Part shown: positions 9,830 to 18,807 of the stretch, piece by piece | Layout of the letters: each line of letters starts with the position of its first letter | Numbering within the stretch: the first letter of the stretch is position 1 | DNA from: an uncultured bacterium | Lineage (GTDB): Bacteria; Babelota; Babeliae; Babelales; Vermiphilaceae | Direction of reading: 5' to 3' | Length of the DNA: 64,000 nucleotides | Assembly: GCA_963695335.1 (NCBI GenBank) | Contig: OY968764.1 | Span: forward strand, 672,001-736,000 | The notes under the pieces: model-generated | Database searches by the model: none | What the model saw: only the letters and a program-made list of their open reading frames with translations | What the model was told of the DNA's origin: nothing | Program-made: the position numbers and the translations under genes

Positions 9830-10948
9830 ATGAAAAATATAAACATCATTTTTTTGTTACTCATCAACAATCTTATTAATGCAATGGAAGTGGTTTCTGT
9901 ACCTGCAAATTTCCCTGTTGACTGCAGAAACAGAATCCTTTTTTTTGAGCTTGCTCAAAACAGTCATAACTATGTTGATAAATATGCTGGTGGTGATTCT
10001 GTTAACTTTTCTGGTACTTTTGTTTCTAAAGGAAAGGGTTCTTATGACCCTTTGAGCGAAGTAAGACGTATTCTTTGTAAGATAAGTTGTCTCAATTGGG
10101 AATGGTATGAAAAGCTTGATCAACAGAGGAATAATCCTGTTGCTGCGCGTACTATGATGCAAAATATTGGCATTACTTGCTATTCAAATTTTTTTGGCAA
10201 TAACAGATCTCCTTTTATATCGTATATTGTTAATCGATTTTGTACTCTAGGTGCACAAAAATGCCGTGAATTGAGCTGTCAGTTGTATGATAAAGATCTT
10301 AGTCCAGAAAAAGTTGAGCAATTATATAAAGAAGGAGCTGTTCTTGATTATTGGAATAGAGGACCAAAGGAGACTGTTCTTCGTTATTGGATTATAAAAA
10401 ATGATAAGAATAGTATAGAAATTGTGGAAAAGCTTTTACAATTAGGTGCAAATCCTGATGCTTATTATGAAGAGAGTAATTATTCTCCTCTACCACTAGT
10501 TGTGTGTAATAATAATGTTGATGTAGTTAAATTGTTATTGAGTTATAAAGCAAGAAAGCAATGGTATTGGGTTTTTCGAGACCAGCCTCCTAAATGTATT
10601 GATCTTTTTATTGATTATTCCACAAAAGATGAACTTACTGATGGATTAATTGCTTGTGTTAGATGCAGGGATTATTTACCAGAAATTATGCAGAAATTGA
10701 TTGATAAGGGAGCAAACCCGAGCGCTGCACTCCCTTATGTTTTTACATCTATGATAGAGAATGTTGGTAAATCTACACCTGATCATGATGCATTTAGACA
10801 ATTACGCGTACAAGTGTATGATTTTCTTTGCGCTCAACAAGCGTATGATGCAGAGGTCTACAATAAGATACAAAATCTACAGGAGTTTTTGAGTTCTCTG
10901 GTCAATAAACTTGAACAAAATAAACCGATTTTTGATGATGGTATTTAG
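9830..10948 (+). CDS. Secreted ankyrin-repeat protein, copy 1
   Basis: Signal + AME; IVEKLLQLGANPD, VVKLLLSYKA, LIDKGANP. Confidence 0.85.
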   Translation: MKNINIIFLLLINNLINAMEVVSVPANFPVDCRNRILFFELAQNSHNYVDKYAGGDSVNFSGTFVSKGKGSYDPLSEVRRILCKISCLNWEWYEKLDQQRNNPVAARTMMQNIGITCYSNFFGNNRSPFISYIVNRFCTLGAQKCRELSCQLYDKDLSPEKVEQLYKEGAVLDYWNRGPKETVLRYWIIKNDKNSIEIVEKLLQLGANPDAYYEESNYSPLPLVVCNNNVDVVKLLLSYKARKQWYWVFRDQPPKCIDLFIDYSTKDELTDGLIACVRCRDYLPEIMQKLIDKGANPSAALPYVFTSMIENVGKSTPDHDAFRQLRVQVYDFLCAQQAYDAEVYNKIQNLQEFLSSLVNKLEQNKPIFDDGI

Positions 10949-10975
10949 TGATGATTATTCAAAAGGGAGAAAATA

Positions 10976-12064
10976 ATGAAGAGTATGAAAGTTATTTTTT
11001 TGTTATTCGTGAGTAATCTAATTTTTCCCATGGAAGCTGAACGTAAAAGTTTGGCTTCCTTTTTTTGTGTTGAGCAATGTGTGCAACATCAAGATATTTC
11101 TCAGCATATTTCGCGGCACTGTTTGTCTGATCAGAAGTGGTGGTATGTGGATAAAGAGATTCAGTTTTATGGTTTTAAGCATCATAATAGTTATCATCCA
11201 ATTTTGGGCAGATATCCAAATTATTTAAGATGTGTCTGTTTTGATAGTGCTGGCACAAACATAATAGCTTTTCCTAATGAAGGATGGGGTGATCTTGCAT
11301 GCATATGGAATAGGGATGGAAAAGAGCTAGAGCGCTTAGATCAGGATGCTTTGTATACATTTTGTGACAGCAATGATCAATGGGCAAGTGAATTATATAA
11401 TTCAGGCAATAGTCCTTGGAAGCATGAGTATGCAAAGGATATGCAAAAGTTATTGGATGAGCAATTTGATTTGGCTTCCATGATATGCTGGAATGATGGA
11501 CAGGCTTTTGTGGCATCACAATTTAAAGCATATGGTTGTTGTAGAGTGCATGCTTGGAATCAAAAAGAAAATAAAATATTATTTACCATTCATCATCAAA
11601 ATCTTATTAATTCAGTGGCATTCAATCCACAGGGCATAGAAATGATAACGGCATCATCAGATAAAAGTATGCGTTTGTGGAACAAAAAAACTGGACAACA
11701 ATTATTGCGTATTAATTATGATACGCGTCTTACATCAGCAAGTTTTAATGGGTTGGGAACAGAAATGGTAGTTGCAACAGATGATGGTAACATACAAATT
11801 TTTGCAAAGTATTGTATAGATAATTTGCAGCACATATTATTGAAAAAACTGTTGCATCTATGGTTACAGTTGCAAATGCCAAATAAAGAAATTGATTCAC
11901 CTGAAAAATTATTAGATATTGTTGGGTGCATGTTGCACTGCAATTACGATGAAATAAAAGAAGCATGGCAATCATTTCCAGAGCATATGCAGAATGCTAT
12001 CTGGTTATCAATGCATAAAAAGATTCAGAGATATGGAATAATAAAAGAAGAGGAAAGTGTATGA
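10976..12064 (+). CDS. Secreted WD40-repeat protein, long type, copy 2
   Basis: Paralog of 8013-9080 (MEAERKSLASFFCVE; LLKKLLHLWLQLQ; WQSFP.HMQ). Confidence 0.85.
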   Translation: MKSMKVIFLLFVSNLIFPMEAERKSLASFFCVEQCVQHQDISQHISRHCLSDQKWWYVDKEIQFYGFKHHNSYHPILGRYPNYLRCVCFDSAGTNIIAFPNEGWGDLACIWNRDGKELERLDQDALYTFCDSNDQWASELYNSGNSPWKHEYAKDMQKLLDEQFDLASMICWNDGQAFVASQFKAYGCCRVHAWNQKENKILFTIHHQNLINSVAFNPQGIEMITASSDKSMRLWNKKTGQQLLRINYDTRLTSASFNGLGTEMVVATDDGNIQIFAKYCIDNLQHILLKKLLHLWLQLQMPNKEIDSPEKLLDIVGCMLHCNYDEIKEAWQSFPEHMQNAIWLSMHKKIQRYGIIKEEESV

Positions 12065-12840
12065 ACTGTAAGAATATTATTTTTTTGTTACTTGCGAGTA
12101 ATCTGATTGTTGCGATGGAGCCTGAACATAAAAGTTTTGCTATAACATATCATGAGAAATCTGATAAGCAATGGCGGATGGATAAAGAGATTCAGTTTAA
12201 TACTGAAAAAAAGGATATTCCAAAATTGATACGACATAAAAATGGTTTGAGAAGTGTATGTTTTGATCCCACCGGTAAAAAGATATTAGCTTTTCCTTGG
12301 CATGCCGATTGCTTTGTATGTATATGGGATAGAGATGGAAAAGCGTTGGAATCCTTAGATTTTGACGCTTTTGATCAATTTTCTGAAAATAATAGTGAAT
12401 GGTCTGATAGATTATTGAGTTCAGGTAATTCCCCTGCTTTTCCAATCTATGAAGGTGATGATAGACAGTTATTGGAAAAAGAATTTGGTTGGTTGCCAAT
12501 GGTATGTTTTAATGAAGAACAAGTTTTTGTAGTGCCAAAGTTTAGGGTGTATGGTGGTCATAATGCGTACGCATGGAATCGCTCAGAACAGAAAAGATTG
12601 TTTAGTCTTAAGCATACAGACATAATCTATTCTATAGATTTTAATCCAAAGGGCATAGAAATAATAACTGCATCAGCAGATAAAACTGTGCGTTTGTGGG
12701 ATGCAAAAACAGGTAAAGAATTAGTATGCATTGGTTATGATACACGTGTTACATCTGCAAGTTTTAATCAAGATGGTACAGAGATAGTTGTTGCAACGGA
12801 TGATGGTAAAATACGAGTTTTGGTACAAGATAATAAATAA
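12061..12840 (+). CDS. Secreted WD40-repeat protein, short type, copy 2
   Basis: HTDIIYSIDFNPKG..IITASADKTVRLWD; ends KIRVLVQ like 9096-9824. Confidence 0.85.
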   Translation: MNCKNIIFLLLASNLIVAMEPEHKSFAITYHEKSDKQWRMDKEIQFNTEKKDIPKLIRHKNGLRSVCFDPTGKKILAFPWHADCFVCIWDRDGKALESLDFDAFDQFSENNSEWSDRLLSSGNSPAFPIYEGDDRQLLEKEFGWLPMVCFNEEQVFVVPKFRVYGGHNAYAWNRSEQKRLFSLKHTDIIYSIDFNPKGIEIITASADKTVRLWDAKTGKELVCIGYDTRVTSASFNQDGTEIVVATDDGKIRVLVQDNK

Positions 12841-12877
12841 GTTGTTGATATAAAGTAAAAAATATGAGTTTGTATGT

Positions 12878-12942
12878 TTCGACAAGCTCAACACGAACGG
12901 AGAAAAAAAATATTTAATCCCGTTCGTGCTGAGCCTGTCGAA
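12878..12942. repeat. Family A palindromic repeat variant, intergenic
   Basis: TTCGACAAGCTCAACACGAACGG...CCGTTCGTGCTGAGCCTGTCGAA. Confidence 0.85.
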
Positions 12943-12978
12943 GTATACGAACTCATTAGGTTTAATAGGATTTGTAGA

Positions 12979-14061
12979 ATGCACAAATTATTAACATCAT
13001 TATTATGTGCCGTTATTTTCACTTGTTCTGTTATTGGAATGGAAAAAGAAATATCAGTTCCTGCAAATTTTCCTGATGATTGTAAAAATAAAATATTGAT
13101 TGATTATCTTGTTAAAGATGTTCATAAGCAAATCAAAAATTTTCATAAAGATAGTTGTTATTGTTTTGGTTATAGCGTTGATCAGGTTTGTAGGTTAGCA
13201 GGGCGCCTCATTGTGAGAATTAGTCGCATCAATTGGGATTTTTATAAGATACTGGAAAAAGAAAGAAATGATCCTGTTGCCACTCGTACTATGCTTAAAA
13301 ATATTGTATCTACCTATTATCCAAATCATGAAGGCACTGAATTAGAGATGGTTCATTGGTTTAAGAGTCCTGGGGCACAAAAATGCATTAGATTGAGTAA
13401 TCAATTATTTTTGACTGGAATGACTCCAGAAAAAATTGAACAGTTATATAATGAGGGTGCCTTTCTTAATTATTATGATAGCTATAATTATGTTGATCCT
13501 AGTAAAGAGACGGTTCTGAGTTATTGGGTTGATTGTGGGGCTCAAGAAAGTGACATTATTGTTGAAAAACTTCTTCAGTTGGGAGCAAATCCTAATCTTA
13601 GTGAAGGATATACTTCTTTTCCTTTGATTAAGGCAATGCGAAGGAATAGCATTGAAAAAATTAAATTATTACTGAGCTATAAGGCAAAAAAAGAGTGGTA
13701 TAATGTGTTGTCATGTATATTGTATCATCGTTATATTGATACGATTATTGCTTATTGCACCAAAGATGAGCTTAATGATGGATTGGTTGCTTGTGTTGAT
13801 GCATATGCTTATCGACCAGAAATTATGCAAAAATTGATTGATAATGGAGCAGAACCTAGCGCTGCGCTGCCTCATGTATTAAAAAATATAATTGAAAAAG
13901 TTGATATATTGGATTCAGATAATTCGGCAGTACTCAATTTCAATTTCCTTTGTAATCAAGGAGCATATGATCAAACTGTTTTTGATAAGGTGAAAAATTT
14001 ACAAATAATTTTTGGTGCTCTTGCCAATAATCTTGAAAAGAATAAAGTATTAGAAACTTAA
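12979..14061 (+). CDS. Secreted ankyrin-repeat protein, copy 2
   Basis: Paralog of 9830-10948 (SVPANFP.DC.N.IL; IVEKLLQLGANP); AGGA RBS before ATG 12979. Confidence 0.85.
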   Translation: MHKLLTSLLCAVIFTCSVIGMEKEISVPANFPDDCKNKILIDYLVKDVHKQIKNFHKDSCYCFGYSVDQVCRLAGRLIVRISRINWDFYKILEKERNDPVATRTMLKNIVSTYYPNHEGTELEMVHWFKSPGAQKCIRLSNQLFLTGMTPEKIEQLYNEGAFLNYYDSYNYVDPSKETVLSYWVDCGAQESDIIVEKLLQLGANPNLSEGYTSFPLIKAMRRNSIEKIKLLLSYKAKKEWYNVLSCILYHRYIDTIIAYCTKDELNDGLVACVDAYAYRPEIMQKLIDNGAEPSAALPHVLKNIIEKVDILDSDNSAVLNFNFLCNQGAYDQTVFDKVKNLQIIFGALANNLEKNKVLET

Positions 14062-14110
14062 AAAGAGACTGTAATTTGGAAACGATCAATTCCAAATTAC
14101 AGTCTCTTTT
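14061..14110. terminator. Bidirectional terminator between convergent genes
   Basis: AAAAGAGACTGTAATTTGGAA...TTCCAAATTACAGTCTCTTTT. Confidence 0.85.
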
Positions 14111-14128
14111 GCTCAAAAATAAGAAAAA

Positions 14129-15682
14129 TTACATACCCCAAACGGTTATTATTTTGTTCTCGTACGTATCTTCTTTGTTGAATATTTTTTTATCCCATGA
14201 TTTTCCTGGTGTACGATCAAACACAAGCAAGTGACCTTCGGTTGCATTGCTTGTATCCATATAACCAGCCGTTTGTTCAAGACCTTCAGGAATAGTATGT
14301 TTTCCACGGTTAATTTTAATCTCAATAACAATGCGTTGGTCGCCAAATTCAATAAGTAGATCTACGCGTTTTCTTCCCAAAGCATATTCACGATGAATTT
14401 TACCACCGCCATTTACCACGCGTTGTAAATATGCCATGAGTAATAAATGTGGAGCTGATTCTGGGTAATCAATTTGTTCTAACCAAATAGCAGAATTTAC
14501 ACGGAAAAATTGAGTAAAAGCACTGAGCAGTTTATGCATATTTAAAGATTTGTCTTTATTTTGGTACGATGCAATTCCTGGTACAGTTTCTTGCATACTT
14601 TCTTGTTTGGTATAGACAAGAGCTCGAGGAATAACTTCTTGGTATATAGGGTTTGCTATTCTAATACCTTTTTGTGTGATAAGTCCTAAATCACGTACAT
14701 ATTGTAGATCATCTGGTTTAAAGATTTGTTCTTGTTCTGTACCACTAATGATGGCATCTATAATATAACGTACGCGTGGTTCATGTAATTTATGAGCAAG
14801 TTGATCGATGTGCGTATCACGACGTAAAATGAGTGTTTCTTTTGAGCGTTCAATAATATCTTTGGTGATTGGTTTATTACGATCAGTAACATCTCTAAAG
14901 CATGCTTGATATGCAAGAGCATTGACAAGCCAAGGTTGGCCTTGAGTTAAGTAAAAAGCATATTCTATAGCTTCGTCACTGAATTTTTGTCCTGTTTCTT
15001 GAGTATGTTGATTATATAAATTACGAACTTGATCTAATGAAAAATTAGGTAAGGTTAAGCTTTCAGCTTTTATATTAAATGCACTGCCTCCAAGTACCAT
15101 GTTATGTTCTGCTTCAGACCAAATCATGTAGTCACGTACATCACGTACTCCAAATAAACAAACTGATTGTGGGAAATGTTTTGGTCGATTGGGGTAACCA
15201 GCGCGTAGTTGGCGTAACACGGAAATAAGTGTATCTCCAATTAATGAATCAATTTCATCAATAAAAAGAACAATGGGTTTATCTGATGTAGAGCTCCATT
15301 CTTGTAAAAATCCTTGTAGACTTGCTCCAGATAAATTTTTTAATGCTTGTTCAATGATTGGAAAGATGGAATCATTGAGATGGTAATATATTTTTGCTTG
15401 GTTTTGAAATTGCTTCAAAATAATTTCCATTCCCTTTTCTACATTGCCTCGTGCAATTTGAGCTGGTTCAACATTAACATAAAATGCTTTGTAATGACTT
15501 TCTTTATTGAGTTCTTCAACAAGTATTTGAATAGCTGTTGTTTTTCCACTTTGGCGTGGTGCGTGAAGAATAAAATATTTTTTTTGATCAATAAGTTGTT
15601 TAACTTCAATTTCATTTAATCTATGTGGTATAAAATAATGTTCTTTTGGGTTAATTGGACCCGCTGTATTAAAAAAACGCAT
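14129..15682 (-). CDS. AAA-like ATPase with C-terminal PD-(D/E)XK nuclease-like domain
   Basis: MRFFNTAGP; Walker A APRQSGKTT; Walker B LFIDEID; REYALGRKRVDL..IEIK. Confidence 0.85.
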   Translation of the reverse strand: MRFFNTAGPINPKEHYFIPHRLNEIEVKQLIDQKKYFILHAPRQSGKTTAIQILVEELNKESHYKAFYVNVEPAQIARGNVEKGMEIILKQFQNQAKIYYHLNDSIFPIIEQALKNLSGASLQGFLQEWSSTSDKPIVLFIDEIDSLIGDTLISVLRQLRAGYPNRPKHFPQSVCLFGVRDVRDYMIWSEAEHNMVLGGSAFNIKAESLTLPNFSLDQVRNLYNQHTQETGQKFSDEAIEYAFYLTQGQPWLVNALAYQACFRDVTDRNKPITKDIIERSKETLILRRDTHIDQLAHKLHEPRVRYIIDAIISGTEQEQIFKPDDLQYVRDLGLITQKGIRIANPIYQEVIPRALVYTKQESMQETVPGIASYQNKDKSLNMHKLLSAFTQFFRVNSAIWLEQIDYPESAPHLLLMAYLQRVVNGGGKIHREYALGRKRVDLLIEFGDQRIVIEIKINRGKHTIPEGLEQTAGYMDTSNATEGHLLVFDRTPGKSWDKKIFNKEDTYENKIITVWGM

Positions 15683-15700
15683 ATTACTTTCTCCTAGCTA

Positions 15701-15949
15701 TTAATGTTCAGCTAATTTTCTAAGGACGTCATCATATTTCTCAATAAGTTCTTCATATAATTTTTGTAATTTTGGATTGTCGCTAATAGTTCTAACTGAT
15801 GGATGATCACGCACAGGTTCAATGATGATATTTGCTCCATCAGTTTTAAGATTAATCCGTGTATCTTCGGTGATATTGAGTAGTTCGAGGATTGGTTTGT
15901 CGATAAGAATTGCGAGACTGTTGCCATGTTTGGTGAGTTTTTTAACCAT
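15701..15949 (-). CDS. AbrB/MazE-family antitoxin-like DNA-binding protein
   Basis: KKLTKHGNSLAILIDKPILELL swapped-hairpin signature. Confidence 0.85.
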   Translation of the reverse strand: MVKKLTKHGNSLAILIDKPILELLNITEDTRINLKTDGANIIIEPVRDHPSVRTISDNPKLQKLYEELIEKYDDVLRKLAEH

Positions 15950-16128
15950 GAAAAATCCTTTTTATATCTGATTTTTTAATTTAATAGTAGCTTAGACAAT
16001 GTTTTGACGTCGGTCAATACATTGTTGTTTTGTAAAGAAATAATATTTTGATGTTCCCTTGATACTTTCTCTTTGAATATTGCATATTTGAATAAGATGA
16101 TAATGTTTTTATAAAAATAGGGGGAGTG

Positions 16129-17466
16129 ATGATGAAGATGAATAAAGTACATATTGTATTGGCTGTTGTTTTGCTTGGCAATGCAGTTGCAATGCAGGGC
16201 ATGATGCAGCAGGGAAGAAAAGTATTCAAAAAACCAATCTATAGACCAGTAAATCAGAGAGTTAATAAGCCAACTACTCAGACATGGGGAAATTGGTTTA
16301 AATCTTTTTTTCATCCTCAAGCAGTCAAGCCGGTAGAAAATTATGCTGCCGAAGAAGTTTACAGTTCGCCTTTTGAGAAGGGTGGGCAGAAGAGAATGTA
16401 TAGTACATATCAATCGTCTACCACCGAATCTTTTGCAATCCCAGGATCTTTTGAACCTTCTTGGAAGTCGAAACTGCCTTGGACAGATGAGTATAAAATT
16501 GAGGAATTGTTTAAAGAATTGAATGATGATCTTGATGGGAGAATTAATGCTTCGGGGCTTCGTAGTGCAGGACGTATGCCAGATGCTTATCAGTTCCAAA
16601 AAATGTATGACTTGATCAAGGTGTCTGGATACAATCCTCTTAATAGATTTATTCAAGGACAACCTTCTTTTTCTGCAAAAATGCTGAAATTTGTTTTTAG
16701 ATATGGAAGAGTTGATATAAGCAATTATGGAAAAATTTTAGATATGTCTCATGCTATGGGGGCTCGTATTAGAAAAGAAGAGGAAAATGAAATTGGTATA
16801 CTTGTGAGTCATTTCTTACAAAGCATAGGTATTAATCGAATAAGCAGCATTGATGCAAAGTGGAGATTATCTGAAATTATAGCATTTGCTCGGCCAATAT
16901 TGGCGGCTTATAATATTTTACGTAGCATTGAGATACATATTAATACTCCGTTTATAAATTGGGATAAGCTTGATGAATTGTGTGATCTTCAATTAGATCC
17001 TGAAAAATTGAAAAAAACAATTGAAGATTTACAAAAAAATCCAAAGGAATTATTAAATTCTCACTATGGGATGATCAGAATTGTAATGATGACTAAGTAT
17101 GGGCGCAGCGATAGACCGATTACTGGTGAGTATGTAATTAATTTGTTAAAACAAGCAGGTTTTTCAGGTATTGGTGCAAGAAGACAAGAATATCATGAAC
17201 AGCAGTATGGATCATCTCAGTTTGGAACAGAATCTTTTGGTACGGCAAGAAATAAACTTGCACAATTACTTGGCATTGCAGCTAGCTCATCAGAAAAAGA
17301 AATCAGTAATGCATATCGCAAGTTTGTGATGCAGTATCATCCTGATATTACCAAAAATCCGAATAATCCAATGTCATTGAAATTGAAGAATGAAATTAAT
17401 CCAGCATGGGATGAATATAATAAAGCATTGAATGCGGTTAAGCAGGAGAAGGGTGGTAGGGAGTAG
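16129..17466 (+). CDS. Secreted protein with C-terminal J domain
   Basis: GGGGAG RBS; signal peptide; LLGI..SSSEKEISNAYRKFVMQYHPD...EINPAWD; exact start uncertain. Confidence 0.8.
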   Translation: MMKMNKVHIVLAVVLLGNAVAMQGMMQQGRKVFKKPIYRPVNQRVNKPTTQTWGNWFKSFFHPQAVKPVENYAAEEVYSSPFEKGGQKRMYSTYQSSTTESFAIPGSFEPSWKSKLPWTDEYKIEELFKELNDDLDGRINASGLRSAGRMPDAYQFQKMYDLIKVSGYNPLNRFIQGQPSFSAKMLKFVFRYGRVDISNYGKILDMSHAMGARIRKEEENEIGILVSHFLQSIGINRISSIDAKWRLSEIIAFARPILAAYNILRSIEIHINTPFINWDKLDELCDLQLDPEKLKKTIEDLQKNPKELLNSHYGMIRIVMMTKYGRSDRPITGEYVINLLKQAGFSGIGARRQEYHEQQYGSSQFGTESFGTARNKLAQLLGIAASSSEKEISNAYRKFVMQYHPDITKNPNNPMSLKLKNEINPAWDEYNKALNAVKQEKGGRE

Positions 17467-17472
17467 TTTTAT

Positions 17473-17647
17473 AAGCGCTCGAAGATATCCTTTAACCCCA
17501 ACAATCGTTACACTCTTATTGGGGACCCCGATTGGAACGGAGTGAAAATTGGGGTAAAAGATATCCTTCAACCTGTCTTCGCCAAGGCTTCGGCAGGCAC
17601 GGCAAGTTCTTAAGACAGGTGTTTACTAGTGAGCCTGTCGAACTATC
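17473..17647. repeat. Nested composite repeat (families A, C and B) flanking the IS110 right end
   Basis: A centre 17473-17493, C unit 17495-17555, A arm GATATCCTTCAAC..CAAGTTC split by B at ~17572-17603, A arm TGAGCCTGTCGAA 17630-17642. Confidence 0.8.
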
Positions 17648-17664
17648 AGCGATTATGATCAAAG

Positions 17665-18630
17665 TCAAGTAGAATAGGCATTTTTATTAGGTGCCCACTT
17701 TCTATTTTCAGTAAGAAGAACATTAGCAAGTATAATAAACTTGCGCATTACAGCAATTAGGGCAATCTTAGATGGTTTTCCTTCTTCACGTAATCGCTCA
17801 TAAAATTTCTTAAAATCTGGATTATGTTGAACAGCTGAAAGTGTAGGCATATACAGCATTTTTCGTGGTAAGGATCTACCTTCTCTAATGATAGATTTTT
17901 TCTTATAATTACCACTTTCATTGGTGTATGGAGCTACGCCTAATAAGGCTGCAACTTGCTTATTTCCAATACTTCCTAATTCAGAAAAAAAAGCAATTAA
18001 CGTTGCTGATGTTCCTTTTCCAGCACCAGGAATTGATGTGATAATATTTTGCTTATGTTTCCAGTCATCATCATTATCAATTAATTGTTCTATTTCTTTT
18101 TCCAATTCCTTAACTTGTTCATCCATAAAATCAATATGTTGTTGAATTTTGTCTTTACAAAATTCAACTTGTGGATGAGCCAATCGTGTTTTTTCTCGAC
18201 TGATCATTCCCGTCAAATCACTTTTCCTTCTTATTAAAGCTTTCAATAATTCTTCATTCTCTTTTGGCACTTTAATGCGTGTTTCCTCTGATAATTCTTT
18301 TTGTTGTGCAAACAAAGCAATCATAGATGCATCAATCTTGTCTGTTTTTGCTTTTGCTCCATCTGATGCGATAAACGACTTAATTCGTTTCGGCTCAATT
18401 AGCCATACAAAATATCCAGCATTACTTAATGTACGAATCAATAATTTTTCGTATCCACCAGATGATTCACATACAACGCGAACAACATTGTACTCAGAAA
18501 ATACATTAAGTATTTTATTGAGACCAGCGGCGCTATTTGGCGTTTTAAAATATTGATTCAATGGACGTAAAAAAACATCCAAATTATCTTTTGAAATATC
18601 GACACCAACAAATATTTCTGTTAGCTTCAT
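17665..18630 (-). CDS. IS110-family (DEDD) transposase / bridge recombinase
   Basis: GVDISKD, CESSGGY, KTDKIDA (RuvC-like DEDD); SIPGAG and GVAPYTNESG (Tnp-domain serine); ALIAVMRK; ORF intact. Confidence 0.95.
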   Translation of the reverse strand: MKLTEIFVGVDISKDNLDVFLRPLNQYFKTPNSAAGLNKILNVFSEYNVVRVVCESSGGYEKLLIRTLSNAGYFVWLIEPKRIKSFIASDGAKAKTDKIDASMIALFAQQKELSEETRIKVPKENEELLKALIRRKSDLTGMISREKTRLAHPQVEFCKDKIQQHIDFMDEQVKELEKEIEQLIDNDDDWKHKQNIITSIPGAGKGTSATLIAFFSELGSIGNKQVAALLGVAPYTNESGNYKKKSIIREGRSLPRKMLYMPTLSAVQHNPDFKKFYERLREEGKPSKIALIAVMRKFIILANVLLTENRKWAPNKNAYST

Positions 18631-18807
18631 AGTAATTCTTCCTCATAATACGAGCCTTGCGCTCAAGCGATTATTCGAATCTTCTACAAATCTGGTTGAT
18701 AGCTCTTTAGCTGAAAACGGTTCTTGTAACCTAGGACGAGCACAAGACGCTATCAACCTTTTTTTATAGCCTAGTTTCCTAAACCTAAAAAACTCAATAA
18801 TCTACAT
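18631..18807 (-). ncRNA. Predicted IS110 bridge RNA (5' hairpin, target-binding loop, donor-binding loop)
   Basis: Stem GGUUGAUAGC/GCUAUCAACC encloses GCUCGUCCU + hairpin + UUCAG; second loop AUAAUCGCU + GAGC/GCUC hairpin + UAUGAG; ends approximate. Confidence 0.8.

Noticed and set aside
8013..14061. Diversity-generating retroelement acting on the WD40/ankyrin paralogs
   Set aside because: No reverse transcriptase in the window and no near-identical pair differing only at adenines
17610..17647. IS110 right end extending to the CAAGTTC half of the repeat at ~17609
   Set aside because: No CT core there; the donor-guide match and 17-bp promoter spacing place the end at 17648-17650
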